A DNA stretch of 63,959 nucleotides, counting the filler, from Nemertoderma westbladi (lineage: Eukaryota > Animalia > Xenacoelomorpha): assembly GCA_032718475.1 (NCBI GenBank). It is 3 parts of 3 records of this genome, joined end to end, with 100 filler letters (N's around TTAATTAATTAA, not from the genome) between each part and the next. Parts side by side here need not be neighbours in the genome. Positions count along the whole stretch, not along the records: positions 1 to 21,051 come from JAUCBJ010000268.1; positions 21,152 to 44,773 come from JAUCBJ010001233.1; 1 more part is not named here. One strand, given 5' to 3'. The notes below the pieces were generated by a model. It saw nothing but the letters and a program-made list of their open reading frames with translations. It had not been told where the DNA came from and did not search any database. A program made the translations under genes and the position numbers. Shown piece after piece: positions 10,701 through 24,478 of the stretch (its first letter is position 1; each line of letters begins with the position of its first letter).

Positions 10701-13300
10701 CTACAATGTACACAATGCTGGAACTGGAAGCTGCCTGTAGTCTGGTCTAGTCACTACTGCACTATGATATGTAACAGCATGACATTGACATATGTATGCT
10801 AGTCAGTAGTCTGATGCTAGTACCTGAGTATGGTACGTACTAAAAGGTAGAACGGTATTGGCTGTTAGGACAGTCCCTTTTTGGCAGGAAGTTCCCAGCT
10901 GCTATGCAAAAGTGCAAAACAAACCACGCACAGACGTCATATTTATAATTTGATGATCATTTTTTGATAATTTTTTAGATATCCTGTGACTAAAAATCAT
11001 CAAAGGTTAAAAACAGGTAGGTACTGGTATAGTACAGCAGTACCAACCAGTAGATAGTAAAAACAAAAATAAAAGTTGATATTTAAAAACGATAACAATT
11101 AAATAACAATAACAAATATGGCCTAACAATATTTAAAAAATAAAAAAAAATTAGGTTAAAATTTTTTTTATGTGCTGCCAACAGGCCAATGCGATGCAAA
11201 TACATTAAAATACAAAATTATATTATTGGCCCTTTGGGCCAATAGCAAAAAGTCCCAAATTCCACAAAATTTATTAGATTAGAGTCTCATTATGCTTAGG
11301 GTTAGGGTTAAATTACTGCTTTAATTATGGTTTGTGCCTGACAAACAAACCATCACCCTAAAAAAACAAACCAATATCCCCATCTGTACCTACAAATCAT
11401 CCCCAAAACCAAGTCATTAAGTAACCCACAATAATATATAATAAAATATATAATAAATCCCTTAAATTAGAACTTCATTCAAGATACAGTGCAATATCTG
11501 CGATTTCACAAACTTTAATACACTGGATACTGGATCATTGATAATTTATGGAATATGGTTTCTACCATTTTGATCTTAACTGGTAAGGAACCAATTTTGA
11601 TAAAATTTTCTTGAAACTTTCACACAGTCAGAGTCAGTCAGACTATAGAGCTATATAGACCTAACACAAACTGAAACTTATGCTCCAGATAATAACTTTG
11701 AGAAGAGTTGTCACTTTCACTGATTCTCATCAACCTGCATTTAAAATTGTACTATCTGACTATATAATGTTTCTTTAACTGATTCATCTGACCATATGAA
11801 TGACATTTTCTATTTAGCGCTGGACAATTTGTTAAATGATATACTATACCATATTCTGATAGGCCTAGTCTGAAGTATTTCCATGGAATTATTTCTATGT
11901 TTATAACATTCCTTGAAACAGTATTGTTGCAATTTTTATGATTAATAGCACTACAAAAACACTATTAACAGAGGGATGCTGTGAACTTGAATACATTTAT
12001 ACAATTTATTTAACAACCTCTAGATTTTAGAGTCTCATTAAATGTACATATAATGATGCACTTTCAATCTTCGTAACTTTGTGGTTTGATGCATTGTAAG
12101 ATTTCATGATTTAAGAAGGCCTAGTGCATTTTCTTGTGTTGTTCTTGCCAACAAAATTTGATCTTGTACATGAACAGGCATGTACAGCTAGCTGTTTTGG
12201 TATCGGTAGCCATACATACTGCATATACATACATATGTCACTGATGCAGAGTGATGCACAATAAATACCAAAGTTTAGCTTCTTTATTGACTCAGTTTAC
12301 AGAAACATAAAAACGTGAAAAGTTGACTTTGTGCTGCTATGTCATTGTAAAATATCACTGTCATTTTGCATTTTGAGCAATATATCTAAATTGAAAGTTT
12401 GTTAAAACAGTTTCTGTTGGTTGAAAGTAAATACATTATTATATTTATAATTCCGACCATGAATATGTTAGTGTAAGCCTATATCAGTATCAGGATCAGC
12501 TGCTTTCATATCAGAGACTTCATATCAGAGACAAACCATCCATTTGGCAGAAAACATACTTGGGATTAGGTGGGACAGTTGTTCAGTGGATGACATTTCG
12601 TCTATCAGTGGTGCTCTCTATTGACAGTTTGGTTTTTTTTTCATTTTACAATGTTTTCTTAACTCACACATTAAAATCAACTTGTTGTTCAATGGTTATT
12701 TATTGCAAAATTTATAAGCTCTCTTCTACCTCATGCCTCACCTCATCATAATTAATGAACGACCTGAATATATGTATCAAAATAATCATTGCAATGGGTT
12801 ATATAATTATAAATCACGAGTAAAGTAAAGTGATCGATCTGTTAATTTAATGTGTGAAACATGAATCACTGGAGGCTACCTAAAGGCTCTTCTCTTTCAG
12901 CTGTTAGCAGGGATGGTGCTACACTAATTCCCAAGGTTCAATAATATTACTATTTTTCAGTTAATTAGTATATTGAAACATCTTATTCCTGCTGTCTAGT
13001 TTTTCTTATGTTGTTTTTACCTTTATGCTATTTTTGTACTCTGCAACGTCAATATTGTCAATTGAGTAAATTGCATCTTCAAAATGAGACTACCAGTACT
13101 CAGTAGCACCTTCAGACTTTACCACTACAAGTAATTAATTTATACATTATTTTATTTTATACATTATACATTTTTTTCATTTTATTTGTTATAATAACAA
13201 TTTACATACTGACGCAAGCTTGAGTTTAGTGATATTTTTCATAGCTTAATACTATATTTCATTGGAGTAAATTGAGACTATAAATATTATTTAAGTTAAA

Positions 13301-15136
13301 ATGTCAATTCCTGAATGTAATGCATCCACTGGAAGTGATCAGGATTGTTCTGATACTCTTGCTAACAATGTCCGAGATGATAACCATGAAGTAGTAGAGG
13401 ATGACAGTGACCAAATTGCTGTAGGTGATAATCAGATAATTGCGGATGATGAACATGAACCTAATGCATTTGATGTTGAAAAAACATTATCTGAAGATGG
13501 CACCATAAAAATTATAAAAGTTGAAGGAAATCTATCAGACCAAGGTCCAAGTAAAGATAAAAATTATGATATTGATCCCGACGATGAACTCCCTGGTGAT
13601 TATAGTAACTTCATTCCAGTTGATGAATGGGAAGGGGATGACAAGGATAAAATCGTATCACTTGAAGTTGATGATGATAATCATATCAAAGTAGATGATG
13701 ACAATGATGAAATTTCGGAAATTGAAAAACAAATAAAATTGCTTCAAAAGAAGCTTCAAGAGGAAAAGGAAAAAAAGAAAGAACTACAAGCATTATATCT
13801 ATTAGGTCCAGGTTGCCCATTTGCATATCCATGGAAATGTGTGGCCAGTAATGGCATGACTGTTTTAGGTATAGATAATTTTCTAAGACTGGAAAAGGCT
13901 ATTTTTCTTGATATACCAGTAACCGAGTTGGATAAATTTCCATGGATGGAAGTTAGTGCTGCTGAGTCTTTCCTGGACACTTGTCATTCTGCCAAGGATT
14001 CTTTTGACAATTCTAAGTGGGAAAGTTTAAAGATGGATTTGTGGAGTAAAGCAATGACCCATATTATTCAAGAAAGTGACGATTTGACAATATTCCTTAT
14101 AGGCACTGGCACCGATCAGTTAATTACTACAGGTGTATGTGAAAATATACACTGTGGATTGCCTAAAAGTAAAATTGTTATCACAGCTAAGGATAAACCT
14201 GCCCTAGCAGGTAAGAATTTAGGAGGTAAATTCCTTATGGAATTACGTACTAAACTAAGCACTCCAGATATGTTAAACAAGTGCAAATCTAAACAAGCTG
14301 TAATTGATATGCTAAAGAATGACTTTTGGAAGTTGGTTGTTGTTCCAATAAATGATAAAAAAGCACTAGATAAAGGGAGTGTACAGTCCAATACAACCAA
14401 TAAACCTCACTCCACCAAAGTGTTCAGCCTAAACAGTTCCTCTGTTATAGAATCTAAAGGCAAAGATGACAAGAAACTTTTCAATGTTTCTAATAAAAAT
14501 ACAAGCAGTAACTTGAAACGTAAACTACCACTTCTTGGGAATAATGTAGCAAAATCAAAACGCACCCGAAAAATTAAAGTTGCTATCATTAATGATGGCA
14601 TTTGCTCTGGTTTGCCTGCATTTATTATGGAAAAGATTCCTGGTATTATTTGCTATGACACTTCAAAACAAGGGTACAATTTGCTGTTACCTGATTTCCC
14701 AGGCCTTGTTTTTGACAATCTACGAGGTAATGAAGATATTATTGTCCTCATGGGTGGTAACAATAGTCAAAATCTCATTCAACCTGCTTTGGCTAATTGT
14801 ATGTGTCATATATTTCATGAAGCCCGATTAAAGAATGAACATGCTCTCCTAATTCTATGTGGAATGTTTGTTCGTATTGGTGACATATCAGTCCCACCCC
14901 ATGTTACCCAGAAAAATAATGAAATACTCTATAGTACAATGAAAGAATTTAACAGGCAAACAGGTGATAATATTACATTCATAGATCCAAATAAAGCAAT
15001 TGTTAACAAAGTGGAACCAGGCATGGCCTTTCATCAAAATGGGATCAACCTTAACTCATTTGGCACCATAAATCTTGGAGAAAGACTTGTTTGGCGAATT
15101 CGAAATATCCTTCAGAGTAGGACAAACATGCTCTAA
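13301..15136 (+). CDS. 611-aa single-exon protein: acidic N-terminus, coiled coil, C-terminal SGNH/GDSL-like domain (LINE ORF1-esterase-like) with degenerate catalytic residues
   Basis: Long uninterrupted ORF in AT-rich DNA. SGNH-block-like motifs KVAIINDGI (block I), IIVLMGGNN (block III) and FHQNGINLNSFG (block V). Coiled coil ISEIEKQIKLLQKKLQEEKEKKKELQ. Confidence 0.7.
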   Translation: MSIPECNASTGSDQDCSDTLANNVRDDNHEVVEDDSDQIAVGDNQIIADDEHEPNAFDVEKTLSEDGTIKIIKVEGNLSDQGPSKDKNYDIDPDDELPGDYSNFIPVDEWEGDDKDKIVSLEVDDDNHIKVDDDNDEISEIEKQIKLLQKKLQEEKEKKKELQALYLLGPGCPFAYPWKCVASNGMTVLGIDNFLRLEKAIFLDIPVTELDKFPWMEVSAAESFLDTCHSAKDSFDNSKWESLKMDLWSKAMTHIIQESDDLTIFLIGTGTDQLITTGVCENIHCGLPKSKIVITAKDKPALAGKNLGGKFLMELRTKLSTPDMLNKCKSKQAVIDMLKNDFWKLVVVPINDKKALDKGSVQSNTTNKPHSTKVFSLNSSSVIESKGKDDKKLFNVSNKNTSSNLKRKLPLLGNNVAKSKRTRKIKVAIINDGICSGLPAFIMEKIPGIICYDTSKQGYNLLLPDFPGLVFDNLRGNEDIIVLMGGNNSQNLIQPALANCMCHIFHEARLKNEHALLILCGMFVRIGDISVPPHVTQKNNEILYSTMKEFNRQTGDNITFIDPNKAIVNKVEPGMAFHQNGINLNSFGTINLGERLVWRIRNILQSRTNML

Positions 15137-17724
15137 GAGAAATTATTCATTAAAATTGTAAACTCTGCGCATCAGGGACCAAATCACTCCTCTAATAAGT
15201 TGTATTATAAGAACTAGTTGATGTACCATGGATAATTTCTAAATCATTTGTAGATGATCAAGAAATGGATAGTTATCAATGACTGAGATTGTTTCTATTT
15301 TTTTTTGAAGATTATATATAAAACTTTAGTAGGGTGGTAATGGGTATCATAACTCATTGGAATAGTAAATGCCTTTACCATTTTAGCTAGGCTGTTAGCA
15401 GTACCATATATTCATTAAAACTACAAAATTTGAAAGATATAAATACTAATATGGTATATAATATATTTGAAATATATTATAATATAGTAAATCAGGTTAA
15501 AATTAATGCATTGTTTCAGGAGAAAATGTTTTCTCTGTCACCCATAACTCATTTTCATAATGTTTACTAAGAAATAAGGTCCTTTCCCTGACTTCTACTC
15601 TACAATCCCTTTTAGCCGTGTTTATTAACCGAAAAGATTTGTTGTAATGTGGAGTTTACATATCGTAAACAAAGACTCTAATTATAATATATATAACACA
15701 TTTTAATTTTATACCTATTTGCAAATTAGATAAGGACTGTTTATTAAAATCACAAAGGCATTAAAAAATGTATATATATATTGTAGCGTGTAGCATTATA
15801 TATAGTCCAAATTAGCAATCCAGACTGGCTCACAAAATAAACTTTGCTAAATTCACATTATTTTTCATGGTAAATTCTATTAAATAAAAAACACCATGGT
15901 TTTTTTTTTATTTTTGTCTATAAAATAAAAAATATCATGGTTTTTTAATTTTTACTCTTTATTTTCTAACTGTATTATTTTGGCATATACCTTTTTAAGC
16001 TGGGTTTGATATGTACAATTTTTATTTCAAAAATGTCCCCATGAGCCATTAGCTGAAGAAATATGTATATAATTTGAGGTTCCACTTGTACAGCTCGAAA
16101 TTCAGTATAAGGCTCTAAAATTTCATGGCAATTGGATTTACAGATCTCGAGATAAAGGAACATCATGAATAAAATTACCTCTGCGATATCCCGAAAGGAG
16201 TAAAGGGAGCTGAAAGTCAATGCTCATATATATATATAAAAGGGGTCAAATTAATGCATATAAGTATTGAAGTATTCAGGTGATGTGAGTTGGATTTTCG
16301 GAGTCTACATAAAATTCTGCTCTAGTGGGGATGTTTGGGAGAAAATTCAATATAAATGAATTTCAAAAAATGAGCCAAATTTTGAAAAATTGATGCACCG
16401 CTTTGAAAAATGTCACTGAAAAAAAATCGCTTATAACTTTTGAATGCTTGGCATTCAAGTCATAGTCAGATAGTCATAGTCAGATCATCAAGTCAGATAA
16501 AAACAATTTTTGCATCTAAATTTTGATTCTTACTTGTCAATTTTGATTTTTACCTTAAGTTGTCAATTTTGATTTTTACCTTAAGCGGATTTAGCCTTTT
16601 AGACTATATTATATTATATAGATTCATTATGATTGTTTATCATTATATTCATTATTATTCATCAAACCCAACCCATCTGTCTCCTCAGTTGCTATAGTTC
16701 ATACATAGGCAGGCAGTATATTTATAAAAAATATAAGATTTATATCCAAATCAGGGATGTGTTATGAATATATGATTGATGTTGTTAGTGTTATGTAATA
16801 TATATATATTCTTATTTTATCCATTAGATTTAATTTGTTAAATTTTGTCAATATATATATATATATATATATAATAAGCACATTGGTGAAATCACATACG
16901 CGTCGATTTAGTGGGTGTAAACACCATCAAACTAGATTACTGTCATTAGTTATTTTTATAGGGTATCTCCCTAAATTTGTTACAGTATATACAACTTCAT
17001 TTTTTAAAGATATTTTAAAATTTTAACATGAATTTGAGGTGTATGATTCCAGACCAAGTGGGCAGTTTTTTTTCAAACTGATATATTATAAGCATATATA
17101 TCACCAAAAATAATAGTTTTGGCTGCATGCATACATTTGTATTTTATATACTGATGTCATTCAATTTTTGTATCTTATTAAAAGTACAAGATGATGTCAT
17201 TTTAAAACTATAAATATAATATGTCTTAAAAATGACATTTTATATAAAGGTATTTAAAATGACATATGTTGGTATAGTTTATTATTTGTTAAGTACAAAA
17301 TGAAAAAGGTCATTTGTAACATATTTTTTGACATACTGTAAAAATGTTATATCAAAAGTATAAAATGATATTAAATAAAACATCAATTTATACTTTTGCT
17401 GAAATGGTGGGAAGTTTAAATGACCATTTCAAACTTTCGTTACTTGGGTACATTTGTCAGCAGCTTTAATCAGCAGTTATTGAGCTGTACTGCAGTGGAG
17501 GTGGAGAATCATAACTTATGCTTCCTGCAATACATACCTAACAAAGTAAAAGATCTAATAAATCTATGCTTGTTATTTTCAATATAAAATGACATTTTTG
17601 TGTCACTTTGTACCTTTAAAAGGATACAAAAGTAAAATGACATACAAACATGTAAAATAAAAATGTATATGGCTGTAGTGGGCCACAGTACATTCAACCA
17701 GAAATAAATGATATATTTAGAGGG

Positions 17725-18664
17725 ACTCTCTTGTGCTTTACCGTGCCAATTTTGCTTATTTTTTTGCAATATTTGTATGTATATGAAAATAATAATAATT
17801 AATTTGCATTATATTTAAATGACGCCATAAAAAGAATTAGTAATAGTTTGACATATAAAATAATAAATAATTCATATACTGGTACTGTAGATAGCTCACT
17901 TACGTGTGGTTTATTCTAGGTAAATAGTGAATTCTAGTGAAAACTATTGAATTATAATTTAGGTTTCATATTTCCAATTAGCTAAACATTCCAGAATAAA
18001 TCAGATAAATTAGATGGTTAAGCAAGCATACCACCCCACAATCAATTAGCTTTAGATATTAGGTTGTCCTATTATTTATACAATTTAATTAGTTAAAGGA
18101 TTTCGTATTCTAGATTTCAAAACTAGCTAATGTTCTAGAATATCTAAACAGTAATAAAATTGTTAACATGCTTTGGAAGAACAGAAATAAAAATGAAAAT
18201 TGATTGAAATTTTCACGAAATATTTGATTTTTTGTTGTTTTTTACCTTAAATTTCCAAGTTTGGCTCGTAAATTCCGGGTGCTTGGTTTAGGACGCCCTC
18301 CTGGCTCACACGTCGGTTTTATTCTCGGTAAAACAAAACCATTTAATTCTTATTTAGTGTTCTGGAATTATTGTAACATTGCATTATGGGATATTTTGCA
18401 TTGCCATGTGGTATGTTCTCATCATAACAGTGGCACGGTAAATCACAAGAGATTCGTGTAACCCTTATGTGCTTTACCGTGTGACCACCACATTTGAATG
18501 TTTAACTCTTTTTCTGTTCTGTTGAGTACTACACAATTTATGAAATTGGTTTATTATTTTTCTAGAGTTGTTAAATGTGTTCTCCATTTTCTAGAATTGT
18601 TGAAAAATAGCTCTTAAAGCAATAAAAAAATAGCCAAAATGGCAGGGTAAAGCACAAGAGTGAG
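17725..18664. mobile_element. MITE-like element
   Basis: ~35-bp imperfect inverted repeat CTCTTGTGCTTTACCGTGCCAATTTTG / CAAAATGGCAGGGTAAAGCACAAGAG; internal copies at ~18432 and ~18468. Confidence 0.5.
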
Positions 18665-21051
18665 CACAAAAGTATGAACGCATTCAAAGTAACTGAATAA
18701 TAGTAATGTTATTGAATTGTTGCATAAAAAGCAGGTTCAGTCTTCCAAGATTGGATGGTAATTTGAACTACCCATTTTAGATGATGTGCCTACTTTGCAT
18801 TGATGCACTAATGTTGTTATTATGATATATGACAGCCACTACCTTGTGTATATTAACTTATATAACAATAACTACTTGATACATTGTGTTTGTGTGATCT
18901 TGTGTTGAAGGTATCTACACCATGTAATCTTGTTCTGAAGGTATCTACACCCACTAAATTGACTGTTACCTTTTGAATGATATAAAGATTAGCTATATAA
19001 AACCTCAATAAGTACATGTATGTTATAAATAAATGTACTGATGTGACTATATTGATCATTGAGAGATAATAAGTATCTCCAAAAAAGATGAGTACCCCTG
19101 AGGCTCCAAACCATTATTTCTTAGTTACCGGCAGACCGGTATACAAAAATCCCAACTTTTAAAATGGTATCTTCAAGGATTAGCCCAATTTTGGGCATCC
19201 CTCCCTACTACAACTAATAAACAATTTTTTCTCACATATAGTAAAATTTAATATCTAACTGGATATATATCCAGTATAAATTTACTGGATATCTAATCTA
19301 GCTGTATCTCAAAAAAGTGCTATTTAGTGCACACTAGATGAATGATTAGGGGGGTGTAAATATTATATATATATATACTGGTCCTATTTATTATATATAT
19401 AGCACAATATGCTGTATAGAATATGAATAATTTTATCTGTACTGTATCTGCATTTATACATTATGTCATACCAGTTATGTTAGTTTTGCTAGGGAATCCT
19501 CTTGTTGAAGGTACCTAATTACATGATATAGTGTTAGAGATATATGATACTATTTGATATATGTTAGTTATTTCTTATATTTCTGCTGTGTTCAAAACTT
19601 AATTAATTTTACTTTGTTTAGGCCAATGTTAATGTATATATAATTATATAATATATACTGTTATATATATTACTTATCTAATATAGTAATTCACAGGATT
19701 AGTGTCTGATTTATTGCATGCTTTGATTATTTGTTAATTGTTGATTAGTCATTACAATAGTTCCTGAGCACCTAAAATATAATATATTTATATTATTTAT
19801 AATATATCCTGGGTTGGTTTCACCATATGGGTGATATCTAAGGGTTAATCCGAATAATTGTGAAAATGAAAAATATTGCTGTAATAAATTCAAACCCCTC
19901 TGGCAGTCGTAAGTGAGTTAGTTGTGTACATTAAAGTATACATTTTAAAATTAATAATTATTGTAAAATTAAACAGCTCTCCAAATAAAATTGAAAAAAG
20001 CATTATGTATAAAAAAAAATTCAAACCCATATACATTAAGTGACATATTTTCTTATCCTAAATAATTGACAAAATATGTAACAGTGTAACTTAAGACAGT
20101 AATGTAAAGAACATCATTATTTATCAAAAATGTAAACCCTTATTTGTATACAAGTTGCAAGTTTAGCTCTGCATCTGGGTGAAATTATATAAGTCTTATT
20201 TTCAACCAATTACTTTTTTTAAATATATCCCTTTGATGGACACAATGACCAATATTCGTTTTTTAAAAGTAGCCAGTCAATAGGTGGATGAATTCTAATA
20301 ATTAATAACATTTGGTCAATTCCATAAGAAACGGGCAAAAGGGTTAAAAAATAAAATGCATAATTTGTTATCACTGAATACACTTTCTGGTGCCATTTTT
20401 CTCATAGATTATGAATATTATATTTAAAAAGTCATCACTAGGGCCGAGTGTACAGATTTAGTAAAATGAATGAGAGACTACCTCTTTTTTTGAGATAATT
20501 CTTCAAAATTAAGTCAGTTTATGATCCGTCATAAATTCTAAAGTACTCGGAATAAATTTGATGTTTTCGGTACCAATATCAAGGTTATCTATTACTGCAT
20601 CAATTAAGCTATTACAAAGTGGTAGTGCATACTTGCATGTAAAGAAAATTTGGAGTTAAATAAACTCTTGTAAATTTCACAAACGTCCGACACTTTTTTT
20701 CCAATTTTCTTTCTAGTTACATGCCAATCAAATAGTCCATAAATTAAAGAGTTGGTTTTGTAGAAGTTATTGTAGTGCCGAACTGAAAGCCTCTTGGCTA
20801 CAGGCATGTACAGAAGCCCAGAATATGCACCTTTGTTTTACAAACGTCCAGACACCTAAAATGTAACTGTAATGTGATTGGATGTAAAACATGATTATGG
20901 CTTTACCCGGCGTTAAAATGTCATAAAACAATAGTTAATTCCAGCAAGTAGTAGCCAATTTGTTCTGGGGAAAGGGCATGATCCGTAGTACATACCGTTT
21001 CGAGATTCCCACTTTTGAAGGTCTACCAAACTAATTTACTGAATCCATAGG

Positions 21052-21151
21052 NNNNNNNNNNNNNNNNNNNNNNNNNNNNNNNNNNNNNNNNNNNNTTAAT
21101 TAATTAANNNNNNNNNNNNNNNNNNNNNNNNNNNNNNNNNNNNNNNNNNNN
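21052..21151. other. Assembly gap with TTAATTAATTAA spacer
   Basis: N runs around an identical 12-mer in both gaps. Confidence 0.97.
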
Positions 21152-22318
21152 TTCCTCTATCCTTCTTTTCTTTATTTGTTCTTCTCGGACTCTAGTGAGG
21201 CGGAGTTTTTCATCACATTCAGCTTGGTTTGCAGCTAACATTTCGGCATCGATTGAGTCCAACACAAGCTTGGTTCCTTCACTATTAGGGGAAAGTCCAG
21301 ACAGCCGTCTCCTCAACTCTTCGTCTCCTAGGAATCGCTGATAGTCGGACAAATAAATGTCGATAGCGTCTCTAGTTCGCGGTTCCTCGGCGGCCTCTTC
21401 GCTTTTCGCTTGAGAAAGGGTGACATCAGTTGGTTCTTCATAGGTTGATCTCTCAGCCAGCTGGGATTTCCACTGGGCCGTTTCCTGGACTTTGAGATCT
21501 ACCCGATGTAACCAAGTTTTGACAGCAACCTGCAGCGACGTGTCTTGTCTTCTTTTGGAAGTTTCCTCAAAGGCTGAGAGGATTAGTCGTATGCGTAGGG
21601 TTCTTTCGCGTATTTGATATAGTAACTCTTCCTGCTCTTGAGGTCCGTGAGGTTGTCGAAACAGTTGTTCTTCCAATCGATCCAAGGATCCGAAGAATCC
21701 CTGCACATATCCTGCTGCCGACCTCTTCCAAACAGCTGGATCCATTGTATCTTTAGCCACTCCCATCCTGTGTATATCTTCCCAAGTAGCCTCAGACAGA
21801 TCCAACGGGAGTCCGAGTCCGGGAAAGTTCCATTGTGATTCAACAATAGATATCAATTCTTCCCTGGCGTATCCCGCGTAATTGTCTTGGGTCGCTCGCT
21901 TATTCCTCGCCCAGTCGGCTTGATGTTCTTCAACCGCAATGAATATAGTAGTTAGCACTACAGCAGGAAGGGTAAGAAGGGGGTCCGAGTAGACTGTAGC
22001 AGCCATCTGCACTCCGCCTTCGGGGGTCAGCTCTACAGTATCCGAACTGCTGGAGCTATCGGATCGCTGGGAAGTAGGTTCTTGACCAAGATGTTGCTGC
22101 GATAGGACAACTGCCTCTTGGTCCCGTTTTACCTGTGCCCGAGTGCCTATGATGGACCTATGGTGGACTAGCCTAGGGTCTGATACTACTGGAGGGATGA
22201 CCTTTTTTACAGTAGGAGGTGAGCCGAACTCCTTTCTTATTCGCTCCACACTCCTATCTGAATCACAAATAGTTGTATCGATCAGACTGTCTGACAGGTT
22301 TTGCTGAGTGTCAGACAT
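21152..22318 (-). CDS. BEL gag-pol N-terminal region, truncated by the gap
   Basis: MSDTQQNLSDS... is homologous to the first ~390 aa of the 1913-aa ORF. Confidence 0.85.
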
Positions 22319-23639
22319 GTTTAGTTATACAGTTGAATATCTACTACTATATTTTCAGTTAAAGCAAGTCTAGTAATTCAGTATGACCGCAAGCCTAGCG
22401 ATTTATTACCGGTACCGTTACTCAGTGTAACGTGATATATATACAATATATTAGAATACCGGTATGCTTATAATATATAAGTATTATTATAGACTAGATT
22501 TGTCACAGAGTACCGGTATGTAATTTAGCACAAATATATATATATATATAGTAGGCCTATAGTGAATACCGGTATACAGCTTACACTTATAGTATATAAG
22601 TATAATTATGAACTAGAATTAATTACAGAGTACCGGTATGATTTCAGCTCAAATTTATAGAGATAAATATAATAAGCCTATAGTGAGTACCGGTATGTCA
22701 ATTATTTTTAGAATAATTGAATTCCTGAATATTTTAAGGTTACTTAGCTACTTTAACTTACTTTATTACCGTTATTTAAGTAGTAGTCCAACTGGTAGTA
22801 AGACCTAGTTGTTGTATGACAAGCCTACTATTTATAAATCGTTTGATTTGATTTATAATATTTATATACCCGTTTAAATGGGTTTTTTGTCAATATTTGA
22901 AATAAATGTTATTATTTCTGGGGGAGTCACTACACAGAAGCTGTGCGCTCTCAGTGAAGTGCTATTTATTTGACACTAAAACTGATAATTCTAATTTACC
23001 TAAGTTACTTAATACTACAAATTACTTACGATATGGGTGAGATTAATTCTCTAATTAAACACAACAAAATATTACGTACGAAATTTTTAGGGTAATTTTA
23101 CAGGAAGTCTACAAACCAGCCTAACAAAGGGTTAGAATTCTGGTTATTACAACGGACAGGGTACTACGGTATTTGAAATAATAAGTAGTAGTAAATATAT
23201 TGTACTGTCCAGATAGGAAAATACCACCGCCTGACGACCTATAACCGTATCGCTATAGGTACTACGTTATGTATCACGGATTGTTCCTACCCAGAAGCTA
23301 ATAGAGCTAACGAATGTGCCTATCAACCACTTTACAACACAAATATACTGCCTACACTAATTACTTCGGAAAGCACTGTACACTAAACCCTAAATTAGGT
23401 ACAAGTACCGGTATAACAAATAATCAGTAGTTAAATATACTTGAACAGTTAAAAGAACCACGGCATCTGCTGGAGTGACCGAAGCACAAAATCTCCAGTC
23501 TTTACCTACGCCGAGCAGCCCTGATGTAGTACCGGGGTTAGTTTAACTATAACGGTATGTATAACAAGCACAATTACTGTAGGAATAAACTTGGGGACAT
23601 GAATGTTGCGAATAATCGCATAAACTCTGAATAATAAAT

Positions 23640-24200
23640 ATTACGCTACCCGTACAGAATACTCAAACAAATACAAACCAAACGCTGGCAAACTACTATC
23701 AAGCCTAAACAAACTACAGTATGTGCAGATTCTGAAACTGTTAGTTAGTATGCGTTCTAACACGGTAGTACGACTTACTCTTTAAGAGGGGATTGACCTT
23801 ACAGCTTATGGCTGCCCCAACTTACTAACGGCACTTTATCAGACCAACTCTACACACGCAGCAATCCCTTCAGACCTAAAAATAGCTAGACAACAATCCA
23901 GCCTACAAAATATTTGAGTAATAACTATTACGGTACCTGAACAGACCACACAAACAAACACAGGCTAAAACACTGGCAGACTACGATCAAGCCTAAATAA
24001 ACTACAGTATATGCAGATTCTGAAACTGTTAGTTAGTATGCGTTCTAACACGGTAGTACGACTTATTCTTTAAGAGGGGATTGACCTTCAGCATATGGCT
24101 GCCCCAACTTACTAACGGCACTTTATCAGACCAACTCTACACACACCGTAATCTCTCCAAACTCAACAACAGTCAGACAGCAGCTCAGCCTACAATTATC
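23640..24200 (-). repeat. Tandem ~290-bp duplication in the BEL leader (copy 1)
   Basis: CAAGCCTAAA..GCAGATTCTGAAACTGTTAGTTAG..CTCTACACAC occurs twice; same arrangement at ~51955-52520. Confidence 0.85.
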
Positions 24201-24467
24201 TGAACAATCTGAGCAGGGTCACACGCCTTCTGCTCAATATTAGCCTACTAGTAAATAAAACTGACAGAAATAGACCTAAGTAAAATCCCAATAAAAACCA
24301 GGCGTCCCCGATTTAATATCGAGACCTACCGGTATACAATAATCAAAATCGAATAATACTAAATGTATTTGTACAGCAGTACCGGTTAGGACAGTTGGGC
24401 CTACAGACCTACAGAAATACCGGTTACTACGGTATTTTGCAACCTTATTGCCTACTGCAATAAGATC

Positions 24468-24478
24468 ATAACTGTTAC
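24468..24478 (-). promoter_or_regulatory. Non-tRNA primer-binding site (GTAACAGTTAT), complementary to LTR segment 25218-25228
   Basis: Abuts the 5' LTR; no TGG; 11/11 complementarity to its own LTR. Confidence 0.7.

Noticed and set aside
11296-11310. Telomeric TTAGGG repeat
   Set aside because: Only about two units; not significant.
20604-21051. Possible decayed coding fragment before the first gap
   Set aside because: Interrupted by stops and no family recognised; cannot be supported.
21096-21107. TTAATTAATTAA motif inside N runs
   Set aside because: Artificial scaffolding spacer, identical in both gaps.
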